Of a DNA stretch of 64,000 bases, positions 16,157 through 30,594 are shown piece after piece. Under the pieces are notes generated by a model. It was not told the DNA's origin, did no database searches, and saw nothing but the letters and a program-made list of their open reading frames with translations. The number at the start of each line of letters is the position of its first letter. Positions within the stretch are counted from its first letter, which is position 1. Position numbers and translations under genes: made by a program. This DNA comes from the human T2T-CHM13v2.0 reference genome, Homo sapiens, in NCBI RefSeq assembly GCF_009914755.1, contig NC_060935.1; one strand, given 5' to 3'.

Positions 16157-16615
16157 GTGACTGCCATCCAGTGTCCATTCTTTCCTTCTTTGCTAACAGA
16201 ACCCCAGTGTTAGCCCAGGTGCCAACGCACTCAACTAAAAGACTACATTTTCCAGCCTCCCTTGCAGATAGCGTGGCCAAGAGGCCAAGTGCTGCCCAAT
16301 GAATGGTACGTAAGTGTTAAGTGGGGCTTCCAGAAAAGCTCTCCAGGGGAGCTGACTCAGCTGGAAGTGTTGTCCACCTGTCCTCCCCTACTTGCTCCTT
16401 CCTCCCGCCCTGATGGTTGAAGCCCCAGCAACTTTCCTAAATCATAGGTGACTTTAGGATGGAAGCCTAGGTGGAGTGAAAAGACAGAAGCCGGGTCCCT
16501 GTCATACCAGCTATGTCTGCCCTCTGGACTTCTTTTATATGAAAAATAATTGCAATCTTAAGTCCCTGTTATTCTAGATTTTCTGCTATACATGGCCATT
16601 CCTATTCCTTGGTGC
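16157..16615. mobile_element. Old MaLR LTR (MLT1I/J-like)
   Basis: gactacattttccagcctcccttgcag ... gcccaatgaatg ... tctggacttctttta. Confidence 0.6.
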
Positions 16616-17324
16616 TACAGTGGGGTCAACAGTTACTCTGAAGGGAAAAATAAAGGAGGAAAGGAACTTGAAATTCTAAATTGTGGTGGCAAAGAAAGTC
16701 AGCAAATACTTCAAAGATTCCTTCTAGGCTTTTATGTGCTGTTATTTAAAATCACAAATGCTGGCATTTATGCAACTGAGGGAGGAAATGCATTAGTAGC
16801 ACAGAACTACTAATGGCAAGTTATTTCACTTAGAAGATGTTTAACACAGGTACCATAATTGTCACTTAATAGGTCAGAGAACCAAGAGAGACCTGCCTTT
16901 GTGTGTTTGAGCCCCCTCTCTGCAGATCACAAATATTTCCTTTTATGTTTAAGAAATGTAATTATGTCTAATGCAAATTACAAGCCAGAATACCACCACA
17001 AAGCTTACTGCTTTTGTGCCAGTTTAGTCCTTTCATTATTTTATAAATGTTGCAGTTCTCAAAAGGCAAAGCTTACCTCCCAAGACCTTTTGGAGAATGT
17101 TTAATCATGCCCTCCTCAAACCTAGTCAGTGAGTGTAACACTCATGTTGGACAAGGCTTCCAGATGGCTTTTTAACCACACCTTCCCCAAACTGAAGCTT
17201 TCTGCTACCTCTCTGTTGCCTCTTTCCTGCTTACCCTCTTCAGGTCGGTGTCCCCTCCTCCAGGCAAAGCCCAATCTTTGGGCTCATCTCTGGCATTCCC
17301 AAATGATCTACTGCTAACCTCATT

Positions 17325-17575
17325 CATAATAAGAGCTACCACCTATTGACTCCATGTTATGCACCAGGCACCGTGCTCATTAGTGCTTTGTGGGGACTAT
17401 CTCATAACCCTCATAAGATCCCTGTTCCTGTGAGGAAGGAACAGGGATCCTCAAATGAATGAGGATACTGAGGCTGAGAGAAGCTAACAACTTGTCCTCT
17501 GCCTTGGAGTTGGTAAAAGATGATGCAACAATTCAAACCCAGGTCATCTGGCCCTAGAGGCCAAGTCACACTATT
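17325..17575 (-). mobile_element. MIR
   Basis: atgaggatactgaggctgagagaag ... ttcaaacccaggtc is the MIR core. Confidence 0.65.
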
Positions 17576-18271
17576 TTGTAAACTAGTGTACAGTCTCTTT
17601 ATATATTGCGTACTTCCCACCTTTTCCAGTGCCCAGCATCCAGCGGTACTCAATAAATGCCAGCTGAATAAGTGTCTGGTCCAGCATCATTCATTCCTAT
17701 CCCACTACACAGACTTGGATTAAAAATTACCAGATGAGAGTGAGAATTAGTCTCCATGCTTGGAAGAAGCAGCCCCAGAGAGGTGTGGTTCAACCGGAGT
17801 CTGCTTACCAGGAACACAACCCACTGCTGAGGAAGGAAGCCCATTTCAACCATTTCAAGGTGCATCCTTACTGCTGGGAAATAGATGGTTAGAAAGAGAT
17901 CATATTTTTTCCTCATGATTCTTCACAGAGACGAAATAGAACCAACAGTGGCTTGAAAACATGGAAGGAACAGCAACTGGAGGCTGGCCAGCCCTGTGCT
18001 CTGATTCTGGAAGACAATGGCTCCAAGCTCTGAACTGGATTTAGAGGGTATCCTTTAAGAGGCTCTGGACACTCCCAGGGGCAATTCGGCTTGGGCTGGA
18101 ACCAGAAAGGGCTCAACCAATAAAGAATTTCCTGAGCCTCACAATGAAGCATTCCTGCCCTAGGAAGAACCAGGCAGAACCAGGCAGGAGAAGTGAATTC
18201 TCAGGAGCAATGAAGAAGGCAGGCCTGTCCCTTGAGCCTCCAGACAGAACTACTCCATGAGGGCCTTCTGG

Positions 18272-18335
18272 TGTCTCTCTGTCTGTCTGTTTCTCTCTCT
18301 CTCTCTCTTTCCCTCCCTCTCTATCTCCCTCTCTG
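18272..18335. repeat. (CT)n-rich microsatellite
   Basis: Visible CT/CTGT repeats. Confidence 0.8.
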
Positions 18336-20199
18336 AAACTATCTTGGCGAGCTCACACCAGCAGGGAGACAGCCCTCCCAGCCCAGGCGCAGGAAATGGC
18401 TGCCATGACAGGCGGCCATGCCAAGTGGGAAGTGTGGCTTCCAGCAGCAGCACCTGGCCTCCTGGCAACTGCTCAGCCAGGCTTGGAGAGGTGCCTGAGC
18501 TTTTTTGTTCCTGATTTTTGACATCTCCCCCACCGCACCCTCCACTTCATTTTTTTTTCCCCAAAAAACCATCCTCTTAAAAGCCTCCCCCTGTGGCCTT
18601 GTGAGGGGCCAGAAGGGGCCAGTCCTAAACGGCTTCCCTCTTCTTGTTACAAAAGCTATCTCTGACTCTTCAGTTAACCACAGGCTAAAATCTAGCCTTC
18701 TTGAAACTGCAAGTTTCATTTGTGAAAAGAAAATGAAATCTCCTTTTCTCTGGCAGTGTAACGAGGCTGCTTTTGTTAAGGCTGTGTGTTTGGGGGCAGC
18801 TATCCGGCCCCACAATGGACATCGGGCAGGACCGTCATCCGTCTTCCCAGTGACCACTCTGAGACATCAGCATCCTGAAGAGGGATGAGGTAGGCTGGGG
18901 ACACAGAGGCCCATCACCTCCTTGGTGTTTCTCCTTTCTCACCCCCGACATCTGCAGTCACCAAGCTCTGCAAACTCCGTGTCTGCAATAGCTGCTTTGC
19001 CGCCTCTTCTGTGTACCTGGCGCTAGAATGCCAGCCCTCAACATCTCTGGTCTGTGTTACTACAACAGCCTCCCATCTCTCCCCTTATCATCCCTCCTCC
19101 ATGCTGCAGCCCTAAAGCACAGTGTGATCATGTCTCTTCCACTACCCAACTCCTCAGAACCACAATCCAGCCCAAATCTACTTTTCCCTCCTCATCAGCA
19201 TCTTGACAGTTCCTTCCCTGACTTCCTCTTGCACTCAATCCCTTTGAGAACCATCTCCATGGACACTTTCAGTGGGTTTGTGTTGTTGCCCTGGCCTAAA
19301 GTGTGTTTGCCACATTCTTGTTTGGTTTGCTCCCCATTCTTCAAAATCCAAATCAACATCATCCCTTCCACCTACTGCAGGCTGAATGAATCACTCCCTC
19401 CTTTGAATTCTGTAACGTTTAATTCCTTTTTAAAGTTTTGATTCCAATTTCCTTAATTGCCTCCCTCATGGGATTATGAGGTCTTTGAGTCGAGAGCCTG
19501 GGTATGAATTCATCCTTTGTATTCCCAGCACCAAATAAGGCACCTGTCCTAGTTTGCGTCAGACAGCTTTGGGAAATGAATGGCAATAATGGAGAAGAGG
19601 AGACTCTGTGCACAGATACTAACCTGTGAGCCAGGCTCAGGTAAAGGAGGAAAACTCACCTGAGACATCCAGAAAAACCCTGGTGGTACTCAGTTAGGAG
19701 TCCCCTGCCAGAGACAGGTCTTTGGGGAATGACAAGTCTCCTCAGTGAGCTTGAACTTCAGAGCCTTCCCACTTCCCTTGGGCCAGATCTCTCACATTCC
19801 TGAGTCACGCCTCTCCATTTCTGAATTTGTTTCCTCAAACATCTTCTTCACCCTGATCTGCTCAGATGGCCTCCATTTCCAGTTGCTTCCTAGCTGTGGG
19901 TTTGGTGCTAGTAGAAATGACCTTGGCCTATATCGGGCCTCTGAGTAACTTGACTTCCAGAAGAAAAGGCCTGGGATCTTTCTCTATCAGATATAATTCA
20001 AAAGACAGGACGATCACCTCCTGTGCAGGTCATGTGGCATCAGGCTGTTACTGCACAGTGCTGTGGGTTAGGGGAAAGGAGGATAGGATCTGGCCCACTC
20101 TGTGGCTCCTCTGTCACTACAAACTCATCTTGATGGAAACCAAACTCGTTAACTTCAGTTCCTCTATTTCAATTACCTCTGATAGCTGATCAGTAACTG

Positions 20200-20830
20200 G
20201 GTTGTGTCAACTCACTTCCACAGTCACAAATATCCATCTCCCCCTACTCATTTCTACTTCCACTTAGCTAGGGCCCCTTCATCCTTCACCTGGGCTACTG
20301 AAATGACCTTCTAGGAGATGACCTCCTAGCAGCCAGTCTTTCCTTCCCCTGTCTGGCCTTCACATTGACCCAGTTGTCTTCCTAAAATACAAGCTGATTA
20401 TGTCACTCTGCTGCTCAAAATCCTTCAATGGCTCCCCACTGCCTACAGAATAATGTTCAAACTCCTTCAATTGCCACTTGGATCCTCTAACAATGTAGTC
20501 CCAACTGACTTTTGTCACCTCACCTAGCGGCAAGCACCTTTCCCTCCTTCCCAACATAATGATCCTTGCTCCTTTCAGTCCAGATAAAATATTCCATTCT
20601 CTCCAAGCAAAATTAATTCTTCCATTCACAGCATTTCCACAACACACATCTTATATCTTAACTGAGCACTTCTTTATTCTGCCTTCATTATATGCGGCTG
20701 TTTTCATAGCAAACTGGCCCTGTAGATTGCAAACTCCCAGAAACAAGAAGCCTGCCTTATCCACCTTTGCTATCCTCCACGTTGCCCTGGGCATGACACA
20801 CACTCAGGGTATTTCCATTAACTGCAAATG
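20200..20830 (+). mobile_element. L2 fragment
   Basis: gattatgtcactctgctgctcaaaatccttcaatggctccccactgcctacagaataa is a typical L2 segment. Confidence 0.6.
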
Positions 20831-21239
20831 ACACAAGTGAATCAAAGAAGTTTTGCATTGTGTTTAAATAGGTTCATATAGGTTTGGAGGCCATTGTGGT
20901 CAGGATCATGGTATGAAGCAGTTCTGGATGAGAAAATGGCTCTTAAGGAATTCACAGTATATTTGAGATAATATAGGTGAATGTCCAGACACTAAAAAGC
21001 CACAAAGTAATAGAAAGAAAAATAATGTTCTTCAAGCATGCATGCAAAATGAAGCAGAGATTGCACACAATTTATGCAGCACACAGAGGTATTTTCATGC
21101 CATGACTCTGAATCACACATTTGAGATTTAAAATACCTTCACCTTTGCTTGGGGGAACAGAGACTCTGAAAAGTCTTACTATTGCTGCATGTGACTGGTA
21201 GACTGTATCATCATAATCAGTCCACATAGGGGAGTCTCC

Positions 21240-21470
21240 CCAGGCAGCATAACCTACTGGTTATGAGCCAGACCACCTGAGTTCAAATCCCAGCATCACC
21301 ATTTCCTAGCTGTGTGACTGAGCAATTAACTTCTCTGTGCCTCTTTTTGTTTCTCCTATAAATGCAGAGAATAACAAATGCCTGCCTCATTCGATCTTTA
21401 GAAGAATTAATATAGATAAAGGGCTTAGAACACAGTAAACTCTGCATCATCACTGAGGATTATTACTATT
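21240..21470 (+). mobile_element. MIR
   Basis: ctgagttcaaatcccagcatcaccatttcctagctgtgtgac is the MIR core. Confidence 0.65.
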
Positions 21471-21477
21471 ATTATAA

Positions 21478-21768
21478 ATTTTTTTTTGAGACAGGGTCTC
21501 GCTCTGTTGCCCAGGCTGCAGTGCAGTGGTGCAATCTTGACTCACTGTGACCTCTGCCTCCCAGGTTCAAGCGATTCTCGTGCCTCAGCCTCCTGAGTAG
21601 CTGGGACTACAGGCATGTGCCACCATGCCTGGCTAATTTTTTGTATTTTAGCAGAGACGGGGTTCACCATGTTGCCCAGGCTGGTCTTGAACTCCCGAGC
21701 TCAGGCAATCCATCCATCTTGGCCTCCAAAAGTGCTAGGATTACAGGCATGAGCCACTGCGCCTGGCC
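21478..21768 (-). mobile_element. Alu (J/S)
   Basis: Dimeric Alu with a T tail. Confidence 0.9.
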
Positions 21769-23376
21769 ATCACTAGAATTATTTTTAACTATACCTATGT
21801 TCTAGAGAGACAGAGGGTCAGACAGATTGTCCAGCTGATAAGCATTTGTATAATACCTAGTATTGAGGTACTGTTCTTTCCTTCTCATGTTTTCAGGATC
21901 TACTGTTTAATGGGAAGTGTCTTCTTTTTTTTTAAGTGGCTACCATCTGTTAAGGGCTTACTCTTTTTCTGATTATATCAATGAATCTTGGATTCCAAAA
22001 AAACACAACATGGTAGCAAAGAGCTTAGGTCCTGGAGCCAGGCTGCCTGAATATTTTTGTAGGTGCCTCCATTATGTGACTTAACTTTTCCAGATCTCAG
22101 TTTCTTCATCTGGAAAAAGAGGTTAATAACAGTTTCTACCCCCTCCCACCAGTGTGAGAAGTAATGAGTTGGTGCATGTAAAATGCTTAGAACAGCACTT
22201 GGAGTGTTGTTAATCCTCAATAAATGCCTCTATTCCTATTTAATAAACAGGTACTCGGCACCTACTATGTGCCAGGCACTGTGCTAGGAGCTTGTGATCC
22301 AGCAGCAAAAAGGCAAAGTCCCTGCTTGCTGGAGATGTAGATACTATTATCATCATCATCAACCTCTAAACTGAGGCTTTGAGTGGTTAAATCTGCCTGA
22401 AGTAAGTGAACAGTGAACACGCTGGGGTTTGAATCCAGGCCAGGCTTAACCTCAGGACTATCCCTCTCCAACATGGAGCCCCTGGAGAAGGGAGGTGTTA
22501 GCTTTCACTCCCTCAGAACCCTAGAGACCCTGCTCAATGTCTGCAGAATTAGAATCTCAACCCCTTAGGTTGTCATTCCAGATATGTCAACCATGGTGCC
22601 AGTCATTGTCACACTCTGTCATATGGAAAGTAGCCCAAGGCAGATCCACAAGCAAGACAGAGCTGAGAACTGGACCATGGCTGAGCACTTGGCCTCACAG
22701 CCACCCAGCGCTAGGCTAACCATGACCTAGGATGTAGCCAGTGCAAAAACTGCCCAAGGAGGATAATGGTAACTTGTTACGCCAAACAGACTCAAAGTCT
22801 CCCTCTAGAGTGTAAACAGAGAGCTTCAGAGAGAAGCCACCCAACAGAAACCAGGAGCAGGAATAAGAAAGCATCAAGATGCAGAGGACGCAGGAGAAGC
22901 AGCATCTGCACGATGGGCAGAGGACAGAGGTGAGGATCTCACACCCCAGGGGCTGAGGGAGAGACCTCAGACCCAGGATGAGGAAGAATCCCATGGGATC
23001 CCTACTCATCTACAGCCCCCACACCCTGACAAGAAACCCCTATCCCCTGAGAGTCTCTGACCCAGCTGTGTGCAGCCATTCAAGACTCTCCAATCCCAAC
23101 CCACCTGCCGTGGCTTCTCTTCTATTCCTGCTCCACACATAATGCTCCTGGGCCCCAAACAGGCTGTGTGCATGCCTGCTCACTCTTCCTCCCCACCCCA
23201 ACCCTTCAAGGCCCAGTCACACTCACCCTCTGCCTGATGGAGAGACCTCCCAACATAACTCCAATCGCATTGTGACCCCGGTGCCTTCTAGCACATACCC
23301 AGTAAACGCTGGCTGGCCAACTGGCCTGATAATATGAAATATAATACAATAGGCCTATAATACAATAGACCTAGAG

Positions 23377-23666
23377 CAGTAGTTCTTTTTGTTTTATCCT
23401 TTATTTTTATTTTTTTGTTTCTCAAGTTCTATAGAGCAGTAGTTCTTAACCCCAAGCCCCAGGGGGCAATTCTGCTCCCCAGGGGATATTTGGCAATGTC
23501 TGGAGCCATTTTTGGTTGTCATAATTGGGGGCAGGGAATGTGCCAGTGGCACCTGGTGGGTAGAGTCCAGGGATGTGCTAAATGTTCTACAGTGCACGCG
23601 ACAGCCCTCCACAACCACGAATTATCAGGCTCCAAATGCCAATAGTGCCGAGGTTGAGAGACTCAG
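23377..23666. mobile_element. MER20 hAT-Charlie DNA transposon, interrupted near its left end by a 44-bp retro-insert
   Basis: cagtagttcttaacc ... ggggatatttggcaatgtctggag ... tgccgaggttgagagactcag, with an 8-bp TSD (acctagag/ggctagag). Confidence 0.85.
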
Positions 23667-24028
23667 GGCTAGAGTTTTAGAAAAACTTAAAAGAAATAAG
23701 ATTTGGGTAATACAATTACAATAACAACACATTATTAGAAGTGGAATGGTTGAACTGTATTTTTCTGAGTGCTGCTCAAGATTTTAGATATATTACAGTG
23801 AACTCCCATCCCAAGCCCCATATTGATGCTGATTTGGATATAACGCGATCAACAATTGGCAGCAAACACCCCAGCCTTCCATTCACCTCTCCTTGGCAAT
23901 GGTGTGGCCCCTTATTTTACCAGGCAGAGTTGTTTGGACCCACTGATAGTATGACAGCAGCGTTTGATCGTCGTGCCACAGTGCTGGTGGAGACCATGAG
24001 CAAGCTAATGCCATTCTCGCCAGTCTGA

Positions 24029-24324
<296 letters not shown>

Positions 24325-24868
24325 CAGTCTGACCATTTTTAATCCAGTCTGTGGGGCTGCGTTGACAGATTCTATTCAGCATTTTTTTTTTTAACCTGAA
24401 TGGCGTTTCTCCCTTCATGCTGGTTAAGAGCATAGGCTTTGGAGGTGGCCGTAGCCAGATTGCACTCTCCGTTCTGGGAGGGTTTGTTCCATCAACCACT
24501 GCACATTCAGTGCCTGGTAAGACAGGGTGCTCAGGAAGAACTTGGGGAATGAATGAACGTAGCAGTCATTCTCTGTTTCACCTCATTAAGCCTTAGTTTT
24601 CTTCTCTATAAGATGGAGCAAATAGCACCTAGGACATCAGGTTATTGCAAGAATGAAATGAAATTAGACCATGCATATCAAGCCGACAGCCCAGAACCAG
24701 ACGCACAGCTCAGTAAGTGGCTGCCATCTCCATTTTCACAACTAGTGCAAGTCTGTGGCTCTTTCAGAATCCTGAAAGGTACCATGATTTTCTATCCTAA
24801 TCCTCTGTTCTTCAAAGAATCACTATCAAGGCAGAGGAAGTTCTAAAGCACGGAGAATGGGGTGGGTT

Positions 24869-24969
24869 CATTTTTCTGAAACTAATTAAAAATCAGAAGT
24901 TCTGCCGTGATTTCCAATTAACTTTCCATTTTTCTGAAACTAATTAAAATCAGAAATCTGCCGCAATTT
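24869..24969. repeat. Imperfect direct repeat (about 45-bp unit, period 58)
   Basis: catttttctgaaactaattaaaa(a)tcagaa ... tctgccg occurs at 24869 and 24927. Confidence 0.85.
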
Positions 24970-25474
24970 GTACTGTACTGTATAAGTTTGTGCTCATATG
25001 TGGGCTTCCTATTTTAAATTTTCATTTGATTATGTACATCTCAGTCTAGCAAAAGGAATGGATGAGGGCAAGTATCCTGTATTTTAAGATTTTCTCAGAA
25101 TTTTCTACCTGTTACAGGTACCCAATATAATAAATAGTAAACAAACAAAGTGAACAAACTTAGGTTTTAGCTACTGGGTTTTCTAAGGGTGAAGTCTAGT
25201 TATATAAATATGATACAATTATCTACTTTTACTCTGGTTCACATTTAAACATAAAGCTATCAGAATGAAAGAGATTAACTGTGGCATCAACTCTTCACAT
25301 AAAACCTTGCAGACCCCATGGCTGCTGAGAGCATTTCCCTAAGGCAGTATCCATCAGGACACAACAGACCTGGGAAGGCAGGATGGCAGACAGCAGGCAA
25401 TGCGCTGGCTTCAGACCACACTGGGTTCAGACCCTGGCTCCAGCACTTTATAGTTGTGCAGTTTCAAATCTCTA

Positions 25475-25819
<345 letters not shown>

Positions 25820-25857
25820 TAATTTTCTCACCTGTAAAAGGACAATAGCATACCTGC

Positions 25858-26313
25858 TGTTACTGGTTGAATTATGCATCTCCCAAAATTCATATGTTGA
25901 CATCCTAAGACCTGATGCCTCAGAATGAAACCTTATTTGGAGACAGGGTCTTTACAGAGGTAATCAAGTTTAAACAAGATCATTAGGGCCCTACTCCTAC
26001 ATGACTGGTGTCCTTATCTAAAGGGGAAATTTGGAGACAGACACGCACACAGGAAGAATGCCAAATGCAGATGAAAGCGAAATTGGAGTGATGCTTCTAT
26101 AAGACAAGGAACCACGGATTGCTAACGAACCCCCAGAATCCAGAGAACAGGCCTGGAACAGATTTTTCCTCACAGCCCTCAGAAAAAAACAACCTGGTCA
26201 ACACCCTGACCTCAGACTTTTAGCCTCCAGAACTGTGAGAAAATAAATTTATGTTGTTTTTAAGCCACTCAGTCTGTGGTACTTTGTCATGGCAACCCAG
26301 AAAAACTAATACA
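25858..26313 (+). mobile_element. MLT1C-like MaLR solo LTR inserted in a MIR
   Basis: tg ... ca termini (tgttactggttgaatt ... aaactaataca) and a 5-bp TSD (cctgc/tctgc). Confidence 0.8.
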
Positions 26314-27499
26314 TCTGCCTTGCAGGGTTATCATGAGGAATAAAAATAAAGTTTAAAAGATGTAAAAAACACATTCCACAGTTCATAGTAGGTGGGCAAA
26401 GTTGGTAACTGTCGCTATTATTAATTATTAGTGTATCACAAGTTGAATATAACATAAATATCAGAAATGTGTATGTTAGACACAGGAAATATCATATTGT
26501 CTGAATATAAGGCAACACCCTAAATGCCAATTCACCTTCTTGTCAATGAGAAAATCAGAGAAAAAACTTTTTAAATATAGAAATAGCCAAATGGAAACAT
26601 ATTATATTTAATTAAACTTAGGTACCTATACACATATAAAATTACATGGTATACAAAAATCATACATTGATTTAGAAACTATATTCATATTTCATGAAGC
26701 AATTTTATTTTAACTTCAGTTGTTTTCATCACTAGAACCTTTTTTGAGTCAGTTTTCCAGAGAACTTCATCTTCATTTCCATCTAAGTCATTTGAGATAC
26801 AGCACTTTTGAATCTGTGTATGATAACACAAAAATGTTATCCGAAGCTGCAAATATTATTTTCACATACCATTATAACTGTTGTATCTTTCTTTCTTCTG
26901 TACTTATATGTATATATATTCATGATCTTCACTTGTAACCACGTACTCTATTGCTTTGTAACATGATTTCTAAAAAGTGCATTTATAACAGAATCTAACA
27001 CTTGCCATTGTGAAGTCGTGCTCAAAGAAATAATCCCTAAATCAGTACTGGAAACCTGTATAAGCATCGAAAACTAACATTGATTTAGGTGATTTCAGGC
27101 TAATATAGTTTTACAAAGTGAAAAAATTGGAAGTGAATCCCCTAGTGTGGGGGAACTTGAAGGACTTAAATATAAGGCAATTCTTTCTTTACTGAGAAGC
27201 AGATTTTGGGGGGAAACTCATCCCGTTAACTTCAGACTATAAGCAGTTTATCACCATTGGCCTTATCAATTCAGATGCTTTTTCCATGTCCCGCTGATTC
27301 TTATCCTTCAAGGTCAAGTTCAAATGTCACTTCCTCTATGAACCTCCCCACCATACATGCAGAGTTGGAATAAATCTCTCATCACTTAGCTCCCCATCCA
27401 TGTGTGTGTATCTCATAACTTTCCTCCATCCCTGAGGCCAACTCCTTCTTGTGATCATCCATACACTGCACTTTGCTTTATAAATAGTAAGTTCCTTTT

Positions 27500-28230
27500 T
27501 TCTTTAATGAGTGAGAGGAAATAACTTGGTGCTTTTCTCCTGAGTATAAATAGTACATATTTATTGTAAAAAACCCAGATTCTATAGAAATGTTTTAAGA
27601 GTAACATAAATCTTCTAAAGCTCCCCCACTATTAATTTTTTGGTGTATCATTTCCAGAATTTTTACTACATGCATACACACGGGCACACACATACACATA
27701 CACATACACATACACATATATATAACCCGGACATATTTTTAAACAGATAAGAATCAGGCCATAGCATGCTGTTTTGTAACCTGCTCTTTTCACTTAATCA
27801 TACAATCTTCCTTTGTAAAGAAATGTAAATGTAAAGTGTAAATTTTAATGGCAGTATAGTATTAAAATATCAAAATTTCCTTAATCATCATCCTACTGTT
27901 GGATTCTTAAATTGTTTCAGGTTTTTTATAATCATGAACAATGCTACAGTGAAAATCCTTGAAATTATAGCTTAGACAAATGATCATTATTTAGGATAAA
28001 TTCTGAAAAGTAGTATGCTAGTTCAAAAGGGTATACTTCATGTAAGTTTTAGTTATGCCCAGTAACAGTGCAAAAGACTGTCTATTTCCCTGGGTCCTTA
28101 CCAATATTAGCACTATTCATCCTTTTAATCTTGGCCAAAATGAAAGGATGAAAAAAAAGAGAGATTTTAATCCCATTTTTATTACCAGTGAGTTTGAGCA
28201 TCTTTTAGTGAGTCCAATTATACAACTGTT
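27500..28230 (-). mobile_element. Old L1M fragment with an embedded (CA/TACA)n repeat
   Basis: gctgttttgtaacctgctcttttcacttaat ... aacaatgctacagtgaaaatcctt ... accagtgagtttgagcatctttt resembles an antisense L1M 3' region. Confidence 0.55.
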
Positions 28231-29210
28231 TATTGTACAACGTTGTACAATATAATTATTTACATCATATTAAATATACTTGAGTATATATAATTATTGT
28301 ATTATATATTCATTGCATTGTATTTTACTATATAATTATTTATCAAGTTCTTAATAGATGTTTGCAGAATAATAATAGCTGGCACTGCTTATGTGCAAGG
28401 CACTGTTCTAAGCACACCTTGATGTGGTCCTACCTCCTCCTAGCCACGTGGGTGCACTTATCCCGCCCTTGTGTTCCACTGGTTAGGTGAAGGCTCCTTT
28501 CTGGTTTGAAAAGGAACGTACATGAGTACATTTGAAATATGATTGAATTTTAAAATATTTAAAAATATTACAACGTTTAAAATGTTAATATTTTTTAAAC
28601 ACTACACACTTGTTCTCATTTTAGTCCCAAAACAACCTGGTGAGGTTGGCACTACTACTACTATAATTCTTGCTTTAAAGATGAAGAAATTGAGACACGG
28701 AGTGTCCAGAGACTTGCCCAAAGACACAGATCAAAGAGGGGTGTTCACAATCTGAACCCAGGTTTTTTTATCCCAAAGCTTCCATCTTTAACTACTACAC
28801 CGAACTGCCAGTAACAAGAGCCACTTCATGTCTTGAAATAGCAGTTGGTACACAAGCCCCTAATGGAGGCTTTGATTTCTAAGTCAAGAGGGATGCTTAA
28901 GCCTTTCAAATAAAAACAGAAAGGGTCAGAGACGTATCCCAAGGGGGACTGGAACCCGCATGCCTCCACCTGGTGCTTCAACCCCTCAATCAGACACAGA
29001 AGAGTCTCAGAACCAGAAAGAGGGGACAGTGTCACAGTGGGAGGTGGGACTCCCTGCAACAGAGGCAGAACAGGAGGTCGGGCAGCAGCAGCACCTGAAT
29101 TGGGTGGGCGCATTCCACCTAGAAACCTAGACTAAAAACTTCTGTTAGCCAAGCAAAAGGGAACAGGAGAGAGCAAAGTGAGGAAGGAGGTGGGAGAATA
29201 AGAGTTAGTG

Positions 29211-29604
<394 letters not shown>

Positions 29605-30594
29605 TTACTTAGTCCTCACAACCACCCTATGAGGTGGGACCTACTAGACCTGATTTGCAGATGACACTTGTGCAAGGACACAGTAGCAGGGCAAGGGTTG
29701 AAAGCCAGGTCTCCTGATTCAAGTCCAAGAAGAATCCCCGGGTTCGATAGGTGTGCCTGGGTGAAGAGCAGAGACTTAGGGGCAAGGCTGTGGTTCCAAA
29801 CTCATGTCAGCCAGTGCTCCTTTTTATAACACACAGCTCCAGGTGAGAGTTTGTTGGAATAAAAGAGTTCTACTGCTTAAAAAACTCAAATTTAATTTAT
29901 AAAAAGAATTCAAAAACACAATACCACATCACATCTGGTTCCTATCTTCCTCCAATCATCAATCAATTCCACTAAATAAACATCTAGTAATGATTGACTG
30001 TGTGCAAGGTTCCCTGAGCCAGCAGCGGTATTATGAAAACAAACCAGACATCAAGACCCAGCCCTGATCACCCTTCCTACACATCATGGAGAGAAGGACA
30101 GCACTGAACAGTGATGGTCCAAGGCAAGTGTAGTAAATTATGCAATAGTGTTATGGTATTATTCAATCCTTGCAAAAGGAAAAAAATAATGTATGGAGAA
30201 AAACACCAAAGTGTTTATAGAGGTTATGTGATTATTGAAGACTGTGGAATTACTGGAAATTTTGGCTCATCTACATTTTCTAAAGTTTCTACAATAGACA
30301 TTTTTCACTTTTGAAATATGAAGAAAACCAAGCAGTCATTGTTTAGTGTTCTTCCCATCCAGAATCAAAGATCAGGGACAAGTACGTGGCTGTGATCCCT
30401 GATTCTTGTTTCTGTGACCCAGATCATTCCTAGGCACAGTATTTAAGGTTGGGTATCAGAAGTAGAGACTGAATACTCAATGGCCCCCTGCCCCCTGGAA
30501 CATACACCTCCCAAGCTCTCCACGCCTTCATCACTATTTCATTTAATTGTGGAAAAAAGCATTTGAGTTCAATTCATACCTAGTGTGGTAGGCT

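Noticed and set aside
18339-18888. Overlapping 172-aa (-) and 127-aa (+) ORFs
   Set aside because: No recognisable homology, codon bias or exon structure; non-ATG starts.
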